From: Paenibacillus guangzhouensis
Lineage (GTDB): Bacteria; Bacillota; Bacilli; Paenibacillales; Paenibacillaceae
Reading direction: 5' to 3'
Assembly: GCF_009363075.1 (NCBI RefSeq)
Contig: NZ_CP045293.1
Coordinates: 6,369,006-6,433,005 of the forward strand
DNA length: 64,000 bases
Part shown: one piece after another, positions 9,701 to 18,974 of the stretch
How the letters are laid out: each line of letters starts with the position of its first letter
How positions within the stretch are numbered: the first letter of the stretch is position 1
Notes under the pieces: model-generated
What the model was told of the DNA's origin: nothing
Seen by the model: the letters and a program-made list of their open reading frames with translations, nothing else
Database searches by the model: none
Translations under genes and position numbers: made by a program

Positions 9701-11881
9701 GACCAATATACAACTTCTAACGCCTTGGATGCTATTACTGTAACTCGGCGATCGAAACAATACCAAGTACTTATTCAGGAATTTTTGGCTTCAAAAGGCG
9801 TACCTATTCAGGAAGATGTAACAATAAATATTATTAATCTTTTCAACGCACTAAATGGTAATTGGTTATTGCGTTTGCTTGCCCAGAATAATCATTTTCC
9901 AAAAGAAAAAATTAGTATTCTCTCTGCTGCTAAATTGGCACTAGCATTCCTATGGACTTCTGACATCATATGGATTCCGATTTCTATGGAGGAAGTGCTT
10001 AGGATCTCTGGTGGAACTGGACTTAAGCAAGCAGAGGGGTTATTCTCGGCGAAGAATTTACGTCAACATGGCTCGTATAGTGATGACTTACTTTTCATTG
10101 GAATTGAAACGTGTGATGGTAGCAACATTAAAGTCCATTTATGTCCAGTTGAAGTGAAAATCGGAGTTAATAGTAATGTTCAGGCTAAGGCCATTTCGCA
10201 AGTAAAGGAAACTCATCGACTTCTTTATGAATTTTTGACAGGGGATGCCCCATCGGCCATGATCTATCGCAACTTTTTCATCCAGTTGGCGTTGGCCAAC
10301 CTGGAGAAATTAACTATTTATGATGTTTGGCCGGAACAAAATTTTAGAAATAAAGTTGATTATGTAATTAAGGAACGGCTTTTGAATGATGAGTATATCC
10401 TTTCTAATGAATTTAAAGAAGTCTTAGGAGAAGGTCTTGTTATTTCCTTCAAGCGTGATCTCATCTTTGCAGAAGCAAAAAAAATTGATGATGTAATGTA
10501 CATCAGCTACCCGGAGAAGACTGGGTACAATTTCGTTACTACAAGCGTTGAAAATTTGAAAGCTGCACTGCACAATGGCCAGTCCAGCATCGATAAAAAT
10601 TTGCTTTTATCAAATTGTCATAATAAATCGGATGCGACTACTGTTATTTCTTACGTACACGATAGTAACGAGAGTATAACACCTATTTCTGAGGCTAATG
10701 TACATTCTCCTGTAGCTGAAGCTTTACCTTCTGATGAAGATAAGCCGTTAGAAATTTTATTTGGAACGAATGTAGAAAATGGTGATAATGTCACCTGGTT
10801 TCCAACTTCTACAAATAAAGTCCTTCATACGAATACAGGTATAATTGGAACAATGGGGACGGGGAAGACACAATTCACGAAATCACTTGTAGCTCAACTT
10901 AAAAAGAACTCTGGTCAAAATCTATATAAAACACCAATTAAGGTTTTGATTTTTGATTACAAAGGAGACTATATAAAAGATGATTTTGTGAAGTCAACAG
11001 GAGCTAAAATTTACGATTTATTTCATTTGCCATATAATCCTTTGTCTTTGTTTGTTACCCAACCGATAAAACCTTTATTACCGGTTCATACCAGCAGTAC
11101 TTTAACTGATACTATTTGCACTGCATTTAACCTTGGTCCCGTTCAGACAATAACCTTAAAAGATTTAATTATGGATGCGTATGCAAATAAAGGGATTTTA
11201 AAAACTGACTCGTCCACTTGGAATAAACCCGCTCCAACATTCAATGATTTGTTTGAGTTGTTTTCACAGAAAGATGGATTAAAGATAGACAGTTTGTACG
11301 CAGCACTAAAGGAATTATACGATACAGAAGTGTTCGAGCCTGATTCAACAAAAACAATTCCATTATTTGATTTAATTGAGGGAATAACTGTAATTAATTT
11401 GTCTGGCTACAACGATAGTATTCAGAATTTGGTTGTCGCAATTACTTTGGACAACTTCTACAATCAGATGCAGATGTCCGGGCATAGTAGGATACAAGGC
11501 AACATAAGAGAAATTACAAGAATGATATTGGTAGATGAAGCTGACAACTTCTTAAGTAAGGATTTTAAGGCAATTAAGAAAATCCTGAAGGAAGGCAGAG
11601 AATTTGGAGTAGGTACAATTCTTTCGACCCAATTTTTAAGTCATTTCTCAACGAACGATAACGATTATGCAAACTATATCTTAACTTGGGTCCTCCATAA
11701 TGTTTCGGAATTGAGTAGTAAAGAGATAAGAATGTTATTTAATACTCAGTCCAAGACCGAAGAAGAAAATATTATGAGTCAGATTAAAAAGTTAGAAAAG
11801 CATCATAGTGTGGTTAAGGGGATTGGCAAGGAACCGATACTGATGAGAGATAAAGCTTTTTGGGAGTTATTTAATTATTAA
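6728..11881 (+). CDS. dptH: Phosphorothioate-dependent restriction protein DptH/DndH, a large protein with a C-terminal FtsK/HerA-like ATPase
   Basis: Roughly 1720 aa. Near the C-terminus, Walker A IGTMGTGKTQFTKS and Walker B ILVDEADNF. Overlaps the dptG 3' end; start uncertain between 6695, 6719 and 6728. Confidence 0.8.
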   Translation: MSNPFYDYLARKVDEYFSSTFLLPGDKYHIYFDRDEHVSVLLTHLNALSNSETFHVKDESGHIVYETFCLKYYGSNLVVGSTVNATPDYLTKLRNSVGTESNDMQETSFLLIHNSNLDSLVHGTDSFYKEGMPFHIKVVEKDIKQLLATTSLNTTEKRILEFIVSNKKVMRSQYEETTLFDFIDVLAVLNRSEISNSEYMSFGLFKDNDMVLPTLTDKDFKERLKLNHELFTKVDSVYKNGNIDTELEKYFDDEGVDLLSNPNWAETEFNPVYISNRNKQNDKGLEYVEGKKKTQDGLNFWERPAGESKSKQRTRSFLIFNPEKKQEINLELNFNDKVFNKHAKLETKVIGVTTDTYGSKLKVKIKVNEVESKFFRITYKTETSNKFDFRFAVVEVNESFLAGIQTSYTVVPTKEPYLLISSEETELIVNPSENDVETNMITLDGRSVPQVKVTTGQKVIIKKSLDSDNEEEAIRFNILFNDTLIPFAVEDIVERPAPITAFTVWKQKMLRQEHFYYKIENEKMKIIYGNRETFAQGEFKKSLEREYELIHSDGLYFHEGVIGLLNKEIEVPDSIRSSYSNLITYFKTKKLLPSLAYMDEEYKSLVEVYISSFIDELEQLENGQLTQKSRNIGLVGTIDRTIGEKEWLFSPLHPMNLVFQIVLNKLIAGQELQDELLKTLRGTFLIPHVRFGNDKLYKVTDQSDSYEWNTYVDNDLPRYEGNRSFVNKLVYEKIEEFIEHFKYLFDTDERSPLKVNVVNMGDCREITQGLLEFYKRQLKKKISKEKLVPININIYSETPETNVFEEISELSKVEDIEERLDLKLSVDDYLAEEVINIFHDKVTFFSKDAANDKYEYSHVTFYQMKKIEQIADSKMVDIPTGLSLFGLSSGVPSAFVNGNYLTGFGSKSLPDSNNLIHRLAPRMNALLRVARNLNSYQDDSAVVTAISSEGKHILNKIYDSTHWVTFVEPRVDLSFFKNDTRNNDLLVIHYNDQYTTSNALDAITVTRRSKQYQVLIQEFLASKGVPIQEDVTINIINLFNALNGNWLLRLLAQNNHFPKEKISILSAAKLALAFLWTSDIIWIPISMEEVLRISGGTGLKQAEGLFSAKNLRQHGSYSDDLLFIGIETCDGSNIKVHLCPVEVKIGVNSNVQAKAISQVKETHRLLYEFLTGDAPSAMIYRNFFIQLALANLEKLTIYDVWPEQNFRNKVDYVIKERLLNDEYILSNEFKEVLGEGLVISFKRDLIFAEAKKIDDVMYISYPEKTGYNFVTTSVENLKAALHNGQSSIDKNLLLSNCHNKSDATTVISYVHDSNESITPISEANVHSPVAEALPSDEDKPLEILFGTNVENGDNVTWFPTSTNKVLHTNTGIIGTMGTGKTQFTKSLVAQLKKNSGQNLYKTPIKVLIFDYKGDYIKDDFVKSTGAKIYDLFHLPYNPLSLFVTQPIKPLLPVHTSSTLTDTICTAFNLGPVQTITLKDLIMDAYANKGILKTDSSTWNKPAPTFNDLFELFSQKDGLKIDSLYAALKELYDTEVFEPDSTKTIPLFDLIEGITVINLSGYNDSIQNLVVAITLDNFYNQMQMSGHSRIQGNIREITRMILVDEADNFLSKDFKAIKKILKEGREFGVGTILSTQFLSHFSTNDNDYANYILTWVLHNVSELSSKEIRMLFNTQSKTEEENIMSQIKKLEKHHSVVKGIGKEPILMRDKAFWELFNY

Positions 11882-11889
11882 TTTATTCA

Positions 11890-11920
11890 GGATGCCCTTT
11901 TTGGGCATCTTTTCTTTATT
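11890..11920 (+). terminator. Rho-independent terminator after dptH
   Basis: Hairpin gatgccc-ttttt-gggcatc followed by a T-rich tract. Confidence 0.6.
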
Positions 11921-12002
11921 GACCGCTAATGTTTAATTATGTACAATAGGATATAGAGACTTCCAAAATAGAATTACAAACTTCCAAATTCGGAGGGAAA
12001 AA

Positions 12003-13094
12003 ATGCAACAGCATCTTCCAATGTTCTATACATTTCCATCCATTCGTGGTATACAGGCAGGGCGGGAATATTACATAACCATGTGCCCGTTAAAACTAAT
12101 ACCAAGAATCTTCCTTTTTGACGAAGAGGATATTGATCCCACCGTAAGATCTCAGAGGGTTTTAAATAAAGCACGAGTACCTGAGATTGCTGAATATCTT
12201 ATTAATAATTGTAAGGATTACGTTTTTTCGGCCATTACCGCTTCAATTGATGGACTGGTAGATTTTGTACCTTTATCAGATGATCCTGTCAACTACAATA
12301 TTGGTATTATTAAAGTTCCTATGACATCAAAAATTGTAATTAATGACGGGCAGCATAGACGTGCAGCAATTGAGGCAGCCTTAAAAAAGAAGCCAGAACT
12401 TGGGGATGAAACGATCTCTGTTGTTTTCTTTCTAGACGAGGGCTTGAGAAGATCACAGCAAATGTTCGCAGATCTTAATCGCTATGCTATTCGACCCTCT
12501 GGCTCCCTAAATATCTTATACGATTACAGAGATCCAGTAGCTGAAATCGCTAGACAACTATCGTATGAACTAGATTTATTTGATGGACTGACTGAAATGG
12601 AAAAGACAACCATATCGAATAGATCAACAAAGCTATTTACGTTAAGTGGGTTGTATCGTGCTACCAATGAACTGATTAATAATAAGATTGACAAACCTTA
12701 TGAAGAGCTAAAAGAAATATCCTTCAAATATTGGGCAGTAGTCGGTAAACATATTAAGGAATGGAATAGTGTTAAGGAAGGCGTTGTAAAGGCTTCTGAA
12801 TTAAGAAAAGACTATATCAACGCTCATGCTATTACATTAGTAGCCTTGGGTAAGGTTGGTTATTGTTTATTAGATGAATTTCCTGATACCTGGGAAAAGG
12901 AACTGGAAAAGTTACAATTAGTTGAATGGTACCGTGGAAATAAGTATTGGGAAGGTCGCGTTACTGTTGGTGGGAAAATTTCCTTCTCGAGAAATAATCT
13001 CATTTTATTAACTAGTGCACTCAAAAAGGTACTAGGGATTCCGCTATCTACAGAAGAGCAAGAGGCGGAAAGATCTTTACAGTCAAGTAATTAG
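12003..13094 (+). CDS. dndB: DNA sulfur modification protein DndB (DGQHR domain)
   Basis: 363 aa with the diagnostic INDGQHRRAAIEAALKK motif. RBS GGAGGG precedes the ATG. Confidence 0.85.
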   Translation: MQQHLPMFYTFPSIRGIQAGREYYITMCPLKLIPRIFLFDEEDIDPTVRSQRVLNKARVPEIAEYLINNCKDYVFSAITASIDGLVDFVPLSDDPVNYNIGIIKVPMTSKIVINDGQHRRAAIEAALKKKPELGDETISVVFFLDEGLRRSQQMFADLNRYAIRPSGSLNILYDYRDPVAEIARQLSYELDLFDGLTEMEKTTISNRSTKLFTLSGLYRATNELINNKIDKPYEELKEISFKYWAVVGKHIKEWNSVKEGVVKASELRKDYINAHAITLVALGKVGYCLLDEFPDTWEKELEKLQLVEWYRGNKYWEGRVTVGGKISFSRNNLILLTSALKKVLGIPLSTEEQEAERSLQSSN

Positions 13095-13114
13095 TGTTTG
13101 ACGGAGGAGCTATA

Positions 13115-14614
13115 ATGAGCACAGCATTTAAAATAAATAAAGAATACCTACAGGAAATAAATGAACGAATTCAAGATTTGTATTTATCAGACCATATTCC
13201 TTGGATTGTGGGTTACAGTGGGGGCAAAGATTCCACGGCAACGTTGCAACTGGTTTGGAATGCCATAAAAACTTTACCAGAGGAAAAAAGAAATCACAAA
13301 GCTATACACGTCATAAGTACAGATACGCTTGTAGAACAACCAATTGTCGCGGCGTGGGTAAACAACTCTTTGAAAAAAATGAGAGAAACCGCTGTAGCAA
13401 TGGGTATGCCCGTTACTCCACATAGATTAACTCCAGATGTATCAAATTCTTTTTGGGTTAATTTAATAGGTCGGGGATATCCTGCGCCGCGGCCGACCTT
13501 TAGATGGTGTACAAGTCGTCTTAAGATTGATCCATCTAATAAATTTACAACGGACCTTGTTAAAGATTTTGGTGAAACAATTTTGGTTCTAGGAACGAGA
13601 AAAGCGGAAAGTACAAGACGGGCAGGAACCATGAATAAATACGAGAAGCATAGGATCAGAGAGTGGTTAAGTCCTAATGGCAGCTTGCAAAATTCGTGGG
13701 TATTTTCCCCAATTGAGGATTGGACGAGTGATGATGTGTGGTTGTACTTGATGCAGCATACAAATCCTTGGGGAATCTCCAACAAAGATTTGATGGCTAT
13801 GTATCGTGAGGCTACAAACGATAATGAGTGTCCATTAGTGGTAGATACTTCAACACCGAGCTGTGGGAATAGCAGGTTCGGTTGCTGGGTATGCACGTTG
13901 GTATCTTCGGATAAGTCGATGGAAGCCATGATTCAGAATGATGATGAGAAGGCTTGGATGGAGCCGCTTTTGAAGTTCCGTAATGAAGAAATTGGTATGC
14001 TAAATGAGAACGGGAGAATAGATGATCATGATAAGAGGGACTTCCGAAGAAAAGGGGGAGCGATTACTTTAAAAAGGAGCGGTACTGATGTAACTCCAGG
14101 TCCTTATCTTAAAAGTCATCGTGAACATTTACTTCGCCGGCTACTTGAAGTTCAAGAGGAAGTTCGTGAATTAATGCCGGAGGACATGGAAGGGCTAGAA
14201 CTTATCGCACTAGAGGAGATAAAAGAAATTCAAAGGATTTGGGTTCAGGATAAGGCGGAATTTGATGATGCTGTCCCGAAAATCTATCATGAAGTTACAG
14301 GAGCAATTTGGCCATTTAATGATAAATATAGCTCGTTTGGTCGAGAAGAGTGGAGTATTCTCGAGGAGATAACTGAAGGCAATCATGTCACTATGGATTT
14401 GTTCTCTTCACTGCTATATATGGAGGAGCAACATACCACTCTGAGGGGAAGAAAAGCTGTCCTCAGTGAGATCGAAAAACATATCAAAAGATGTTTTTAT
14501 GAGGATGCTCAAGATGCACTTGCGTTTAAGCAGAACCAAGTTGCACTTAGGGATAACGCTAATCCGGATGAGTTAGCCAGCCAACTTGAAATGGAGTCAG
14601 AAGATGATTATTAA
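13115..14614 (+). CDS. dndC: DNA phosphorothioation protein DndC (PAPS-reductase-like PP-loop ATP pyrophosphatase)
   Basis: PP-loop IVGYSGGKDSTATL. About 500 aa. The ATG at 13115 follows GGAGG; the ORF track begins at GTG 13094. Confidence 0.9.
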   Translation: MSTAFKINKEYLQEINERIQDLYLSDHIPWIVGYSGGKDSTATLQLVWNAIKTLPEEKRNHKAIHVISTDTLVEQPIVAAWVNNSLKKMRETAVAMGMPVTPHRLTPDVSNSFWVNLIGRGYPAPRPTFRWCTSRLKIDPSNKFTTDLVKDFGETILVLGTRKAESTRRAGTMNKYEKHRIREWLSPNGSLQNSWVFSPIEDWTSDDVWLYLMQHTNPWGISNKDLMAMYREATNDNECPLVVDTSTPSCGNSRFGCWVCTLVSSDKSMEAMIQNDDEKAWMEPLLKFRNEEIGMLNENGRIDDHDKRDFRRKGGAITLKRSGTDVTPGPYLKSHREHLLRRLLEVQEEVRELMPEDMEGLELIALEEIKEIQRIWVQDKAEFDDAVPKIYHEVTGAIWPFNDKYSSFGREEWSILEEITEGNHVTMDLFSSLLYMEEQHTTLRGRKAVLSEIEKHIKRCFYEDAQDALAFKQNQVALRDNANPDELASQLEMESEDDY

Positions 14615-16598
14615 ATCAATTAGTCTTTGCAACTTTGGTGTATACGCAGGGGTACAACAACTAAATCTAGCTCATGATGGGAAAGGGAAAGGCCAGGTCG
14701 TAACACTGGTTGGTGGACTGAATGGGCGAGGAAAGACCAGTATCCTTGAGGCTCTCCTGCTGGCCTTTTATGGAAATCGCTCTCCCAAAGTAAGGGAGAG
14801 TGGACGCAGTTATTCAAATTACTTGGCCGAATTAATTCATGGTCGTGGAGTTGAAGAACTGGAAAGTTGGGTGATACTTGAGCTAGAAGTTCCTCTGGAC
14901 AGCTCGGTAAGCAATATCAAACTAAAGCGTTCTTGGGGAAAAAAGAATGTACGGGTGACGGACTTCCTACAGGTATGGCGCGATGAACGAGAAGATCCAT
15001 ACCTAGCGGAGAATTGGGATAGCTACGTTGAAGAATTAATACCGTCCGCTATAGCAGAGCTATTCTTTTTTGATGGTGAACGGATAAGTACTCTGGCCGA
15101 ATCTGATGAAACAGTGGAATCATTGCGAAAAGCCATTCAAACGCTTCTAGGTATTGAGACTATTGATAGGCTTACAAAGGATTTGGAGCTTTTAATAAAA
15201 AGAAATAGAGCTGTTTCAGTAAATACTGAATTAAAAGATGAGTTACAGGAAATTAACGAGTACCTTCAGTCTATAGAGCTGAAATATAGTCATGTAAACC
15301 AGGAAAGAAGTAGTTTGAATTCGAAAATGCAATATATGACTCAGCAATTGGAGCTACTGAAAAAAGCATATGGTGAAGCTGGGGGAGGATACTTTGATAA
15401 TCAAGGTAAACTTCTTAAACGTCAAGGGGAGCTCCATATTGAATTAGATGAGCTAAAATTAAGTGTAGGCTCTGTTCTAGCGGGTGCTTTTCCTTTAATT
15501 CTTGTTGAAGACCAGGTTAGGAAGGTTAAACAAACTGCTAAACGCGATTTGGTAAACAATCAAGCCAAGGCATCTTTATCTTTCATTAAGAATATCTCTT
15601 CAGATATTATGTCGAGCATCAATATTCTAGAGATTGACAGTATCGAGAAAGATAAAGTACAACAGCTGATCTTATCGAAGATAGCCGGAGTGGAACAATC
15701 AGCAAAAGAGGATCCTCTATTTCCGGTCGGGCTTACGATGTCGAATCAACTGGATAATATATTGGGCCTTTTAAGCTTAGAAAAAACAAATGCCCGGGAA
15801 TTGATTAGTAGATATGAAGAGATTGATCACGAACTTTATCAAATAGAAAAGAATATGCCATCCGATCCGGATGTCGATGCTCTCAAGGATTTGCTAGAAA
15901 AGCAGAAAGAAACAGAGATGACCATAGGTGAGTACTCCAGGGCCATCTCTCAATATGACGAAGAGTTGAGATTGTTAAAAATTGAGGAGCAAAGGGCCAA
16001 GGAAAAGATCGTGAAGATGAGTACTTTGAAGGCCGAAGCAGACGAGACAGAGCGCATGATCAAATATGCCCTTCAGACTCAGCTGAAAATGAAAGTTTTT
16101 CGGGATCGATTAACAGAGCAGAAAGTAAATAAATTAGCGGAGTTTATTTATGAGGCGTTCAAATTATTAACCCATAAGAGCAGCTTGGTCTCGCAGGTAA
16201 CTGTAGACGCAGAGAATTTCAAAATAAAGCTTTATGATATAAGTGGTGCAGAAATTTCTAAGTTTAAACTGTCTAGCGGTGAGAGGCAAATGTTGGCTCT
16301 TGCGATTCTATGGGGGCTAGCAAAAGCATCTGGTAAAACATTGCCTGTTGTCATAGATACACCAATGGGGCGGCTGGATTCACTCCATCGGATTAACTTC
16401 GTAGGGAAGTACCTTCCTAATGCAAGCCATCAAGTTGTTGTGCTTTCCACGGATACTGAAATTGAAGGAAAGTACCTAAAGATGCTTTCGCCATATGTCG
16501 GCAAGAAGTATTTATTGATATACGATGAAACAAACCGGGCTACCGAGATCACCGAAGGATACTTGCTACCTGAAAATGAGATGGAGACACTTGTATGA
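14604..16598 (+). CDS. dndD: DNA phosphorothioation protein DndD (SMC-like ABC ATPase)
   Basis: N-terminal ISLCNFGVY...LVGGLNGRGKTSILEAL Walker A, long coiled-coil middle region, and C-terminal ABC signature-like LSSGERQMLALAIL with Walker B VVIDTPMGRLD. The ATG at 14604 follows GGAG. Confidence 0.85.
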   Translation: MIIKSISLCNFGVYAGVQQLNLAHDGKGKGQVVTLVGGLNGRGKTSILEALLLAFYGNRSPKVRESGRSYSNYLAELIHGRGVEELESWVILELEVPLDSSVSNIKLKRSWGKKNVRVTDFLQVWRDEREDPYLAENWDSYVEELIPSAIAELFFFDGERISTLAESDETVESLRKAIQTLLGIETIDRLTKDLELLIKRNRAVSVNTELKDELQEINEYLQSIELKYSHVNQERSSLNSKMQYMTQQLELLKKAYGEAGGGYFDNQGKLLKRQGELHIELDELKLSVGSVLAGAFPLILVEDQVRKVKQTAKRDLVNNQAKASLSFIKNISSDIMSSINILEIDSIEKDKVQQLILSKIAGVEQSAKEDPLFPVGLTMSNQLDNILGLLSLEKTNARELISRYEEIDHELYQIEKNMPSDPDVDALKDLLEKQKETEMTIGEYSRAISQYDEELRLLKIEEQRAKEKIVKMSTLKAEADETERMIKYALQTQLKMKVFRDRLTEQKVNKLAEFIYEAFKLLTHKSSLVSQVTVDAENFKIKLYDISGAEISKFKLSSGERQMLALAILWGLAKASGKTLPVVIDTPMGRLDSLHRINFVGKYLPNASHQVVVLSTDTEIEGKYLKMLSPYVGKKYLLIYDETNRATEITEGYLLPENEMETLV

Positions 16599-16981
16599 TT
16601 GTGAAACAAATTCGGCTTTCGAACAAAGCAAAAGAGCAGTTAATTCGACTAAAGGCGAAAACAGGTATCCAACAATGGAATATCTTATGCCGTTGGGCGC
16701 TCTGTCTATCAATAAAAGAACCAAACCCACCGATGGACATTGATTACCCAGCGGATAGCAACGTCGAAATGACTTGGCAGGTTTTTGGTGGAGAACATCA
16801 AGATATTTATGAGGCTCTAATTATTCAACGTTGTTTGGATGATGGTTTGGGAACTGATCCGAATGTGCTTGCAAAACAGTTTAGGTTACACTTACACAGA
16901 GGGATCGGACGACTCGCTGCACACGGTTCTAGGCTTAAAAAATCTACGGATCTATTAAAGGTAGGTTTAGGAAAATTCTAG
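16595..16981 (+). CDS. dndE: DNA phosphorothioation protein DndE
   Basis: 128-aa ORF whose ATG overlaps the dndD stop (ATGA). Size and position are typical of DndE. Confidence 0.7.
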   Translation: MIVKQIRLSNKAKEQLIRLKAKTGIQQWNILCRWALCLSIKEPNPPMDIDYPADSNVEMTWQVFGGEHQDIYEALIIQRCLDDGLGTDPNVLAKQFRLHLHRGIGRLAAHGSRLKKSTDLLKVGLGKF

Positions 16982-16993
16982 GAAAGAAGAGAT

Positions 16994-18121
16994 TTGATGA
17001 TGCCACTTTACCTTGACTTTAATGCAACAAGCCCTGTTCATGATGAAGTGTTAGAAGTGATGGTTGAAGCTTACAAGAATAATTTCGGAAACCCCGCCAG
17101 TAGGACGCATCATCACGGGCATCAAGCAAAACAACTAGTGGATAATTCACGCAAAAATATCGCTGCGGTTCTTGGGGTGGTCCCCAATGATATTATTTTT
17201 ACTAGTGGCGCTACTGAGAGCAATAATCTGTCCATTCTTGGGCTTGAGGAATTCGGTGTAAAACAAAATAAAAAGCACATTATATCTACAGTTATAGAGC
17301 ACAGTTCAATTTTGGAACCACTAGAGCATCTATCCAAAAAGGGCTTTAAGATTGACCTTGTTCCAGTGGATTCATCAGGAAGGGTTTCAGCTGAGGATAT
17401 TATAAACCGTGTTACAGACGATACCTTACTAGTTACTATTATGCATGCTAATAATGAAACTGGGATTATCCAACCCGTGAAAGAAATTGGCGATGCCCTG
17501 GTTGACCGTGACGTATTTTTTCATATTGATGCAGCTCAGACCTTTGGAAAGCTTGTTGATGAATTGCAAGAAGTAAAATACGATCTTTTAAGTATAACAG
17601 CTCATAAGATATATGGACCCCAGGGAATTGGTGCGCTTGTTTTTCGGAATAAAAAATATAAGCGTCCACCAATTACTCCATTGATGTATGGTGGGAAACA
17701 AGAAAAAGGACTAAGGCCGGGTACCTTGCCTGCTCCGTTAATTGCAGGGTTTGGTAAAGCAGCAGAGTTGATATTATCTAATTATTTAAATTGGGCCAAG
17801 GCTGAATTGATTATTAGACAAAGTATTATAGAACAGCTTAAAGAAGTAGAATATACTATAAACGGTGACATTTCCTTATGCTTACCGAATTGCATTAATA
17901 TCAGCTTCCCTGGAGTAGACTCGGAGGCGTTAATGTTATGTGTTAGACAAAAATTATCGTTATCAAATGGATCAGCATGCACCTCATCTGAATATAAACC
18001 AAGCCATGTTTTATCCTCAATGGGAGCACTAGCTGAAAACAGTGTAAGGATATCTTGGGGACCTTACTTAGAAAATGTTGATTTATCAGAAATGATACTT
18101 TTTATAAAAAAAATTATTTAG
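16994..18121 (+). CDS. dndA: Cysteine desulfurase of the NifS/IscS family, serving as DndA
   Basis: 375 aa with class V aminotransferase motifs (FTSGATESNNL and SITAHKIYGPQGIGAL, the PLP-lysine region). Directly downstream of dndE. Confidence 0.85.
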   Translation: MMMPLYLDFNATSPVHDEVLEVMVEAYKNNFGNPASRTHHHGHQAKQLVDNSRKNIAAVLGVVPNDIIFTSGATESNNLSILGLEEFGVKQNKKHIISTVIEHSSILEPLEHLSKKGFKIDLVPVDSSGRVSAEDIINRVTDDTLLVTIMHANNETGIIQPVKEIGDALVDRDVFFHIDAAQTFGKLVDELQEVKYDLLSITAHKIYGPQGIGALVFRNKKYKRPPITPLMYGGKQEKGLRPGTLPAPLIAGFGKAAELILSNYLNWAKAELIIRQSIIEQLKEVEYTINGDISLCLPNCINISFPGVDSEALMLCVRQKLSLSNGSACTSSEYKPSHVLSSMGALAENSVRISWGPYLENVDLSEMILFIKKII

Positions 18122-18124
18122 ATT

Positions 18125-18160
18125 AAAAAGAAGCTGTGACTTACATAACAGCTTCTTTTA
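18125..18160. terminator. Bidirectional Rho-independent terminator shared by dndA (+) and the convergent Toprim gene (-)
   Basis: Perfect inverted repeat aaaagaagctgt ... acagcttctttt. Confidence 0.65.
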
Positions 18161-18974
18161 CTAATGTTGAGAATAACTTTTCAAAATAACAAATAAGTTC
18201 AATAATCTTCGGATCTTGTTGAATTTTTTGATCAGAAATATAATCAGTGTCACTTATTATTACCTTGTTAGTTTTTCCTGGCTTTTTTAATTGTCCAGCA
18301 ATCCCTATGCTCATCTTTTGAGTATCGGACGAATGTTTTTTAGGTATGTATGAACTGTTTTTTTGTAAAAACGTCTCTATATCTGTGAATAGTGGCTCAT
18401 GATCTTTAATCATAAGGGGAAGTACAACATCTTCAAGTTTCCCCATCCCATCTCCTTTTTCAAAAATGTAACAACCCAAGAATAACTCTTTATTATTTTT
18501 CTCCTCATTACAGATAATATCTAAATTAGATATTTCTTTAATTAATGGGAGGGTTTTGCTATACTCTTCTTTAAAAATATTTACTACAGATTCAATTCCT
18601 TTGTCGTCTGCATCATTAGTAAAAACAAAGGAGATATTTGTGATTTCAGTATCAGTTGCTGGTACTTCTAGAATATCAAGGTACTTGCCTATTAAGTCCC
18701 GTACTCTATCGTGCTTAGTATTTCCTCCAACACTGTATAATAACACAATTATTTTATCCTTATAGAGTATATCCATAGGCAGTAGCGGGTAGTAATTTTG
18801 TAAATTTAATTGGTTTAAATCATGTTTTTCTATTGCGTTCTTGAAAATTGCATTTAGTGGATAAGGTGCTTTGCCTATTTTTTCTCCATAATTTCGAAAA
18901 TTCATAGTTCGTAAAACCCTGTATATAAAAGCGACGTCGTGGGGACCTTCACATAGAATTAATACTACTTTCAT
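18141..18974 (-). CDS. Toprim-domain protein, OLD/RloB/AbiLii/DUF4276-like; predicted nuclease partner of the upstream ATPase
   Basis: 277 aa. N-terminal MKVVLILCEGPHDVAFI fits the Toprim hhhhEG..D glutamate motif. FVFTNDADDKG supplies a DxD motif. Start overlaps the ATPase stop by 4 nt. Confidence 0.6.
   Translation of the reverse strand: MKVVLILCEGPHDVAFIYRVLRTMNFRNYGEKIGKAPYPLNAIFKNAIEKHDLNQLNLQNYYPLLPMDILYKDKIIVLLYSVGGNTKHDRVRDLIGKYLDILEVPATDTEITNISFVFTNDADDKGIESVVNIFKEEYSKTLPLIKEISNLDIICNEEKNNKELFLGCYIFEKGDGMGKLEDVVLPLMIKDHEPLFTDIETFLQKNSSYIPKKHSSDTQKMSIGIAGQLKKPGKTNKVIISDTDYISDQKIQQDPKIIELICYFEKLFSTLVKEAVM

Noticed and set aside
12003-18121. Possibility that the dnd genes are a tRNA thiolation or molybdopterin biosynthesis cluster rather than Dnd
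   Set aside because: The DGQHR protein, the SMC-like ATPase and the small DndE-size ORF in canonical order, together with a DptFGH-sized trio upstream, fit Dnd specifically
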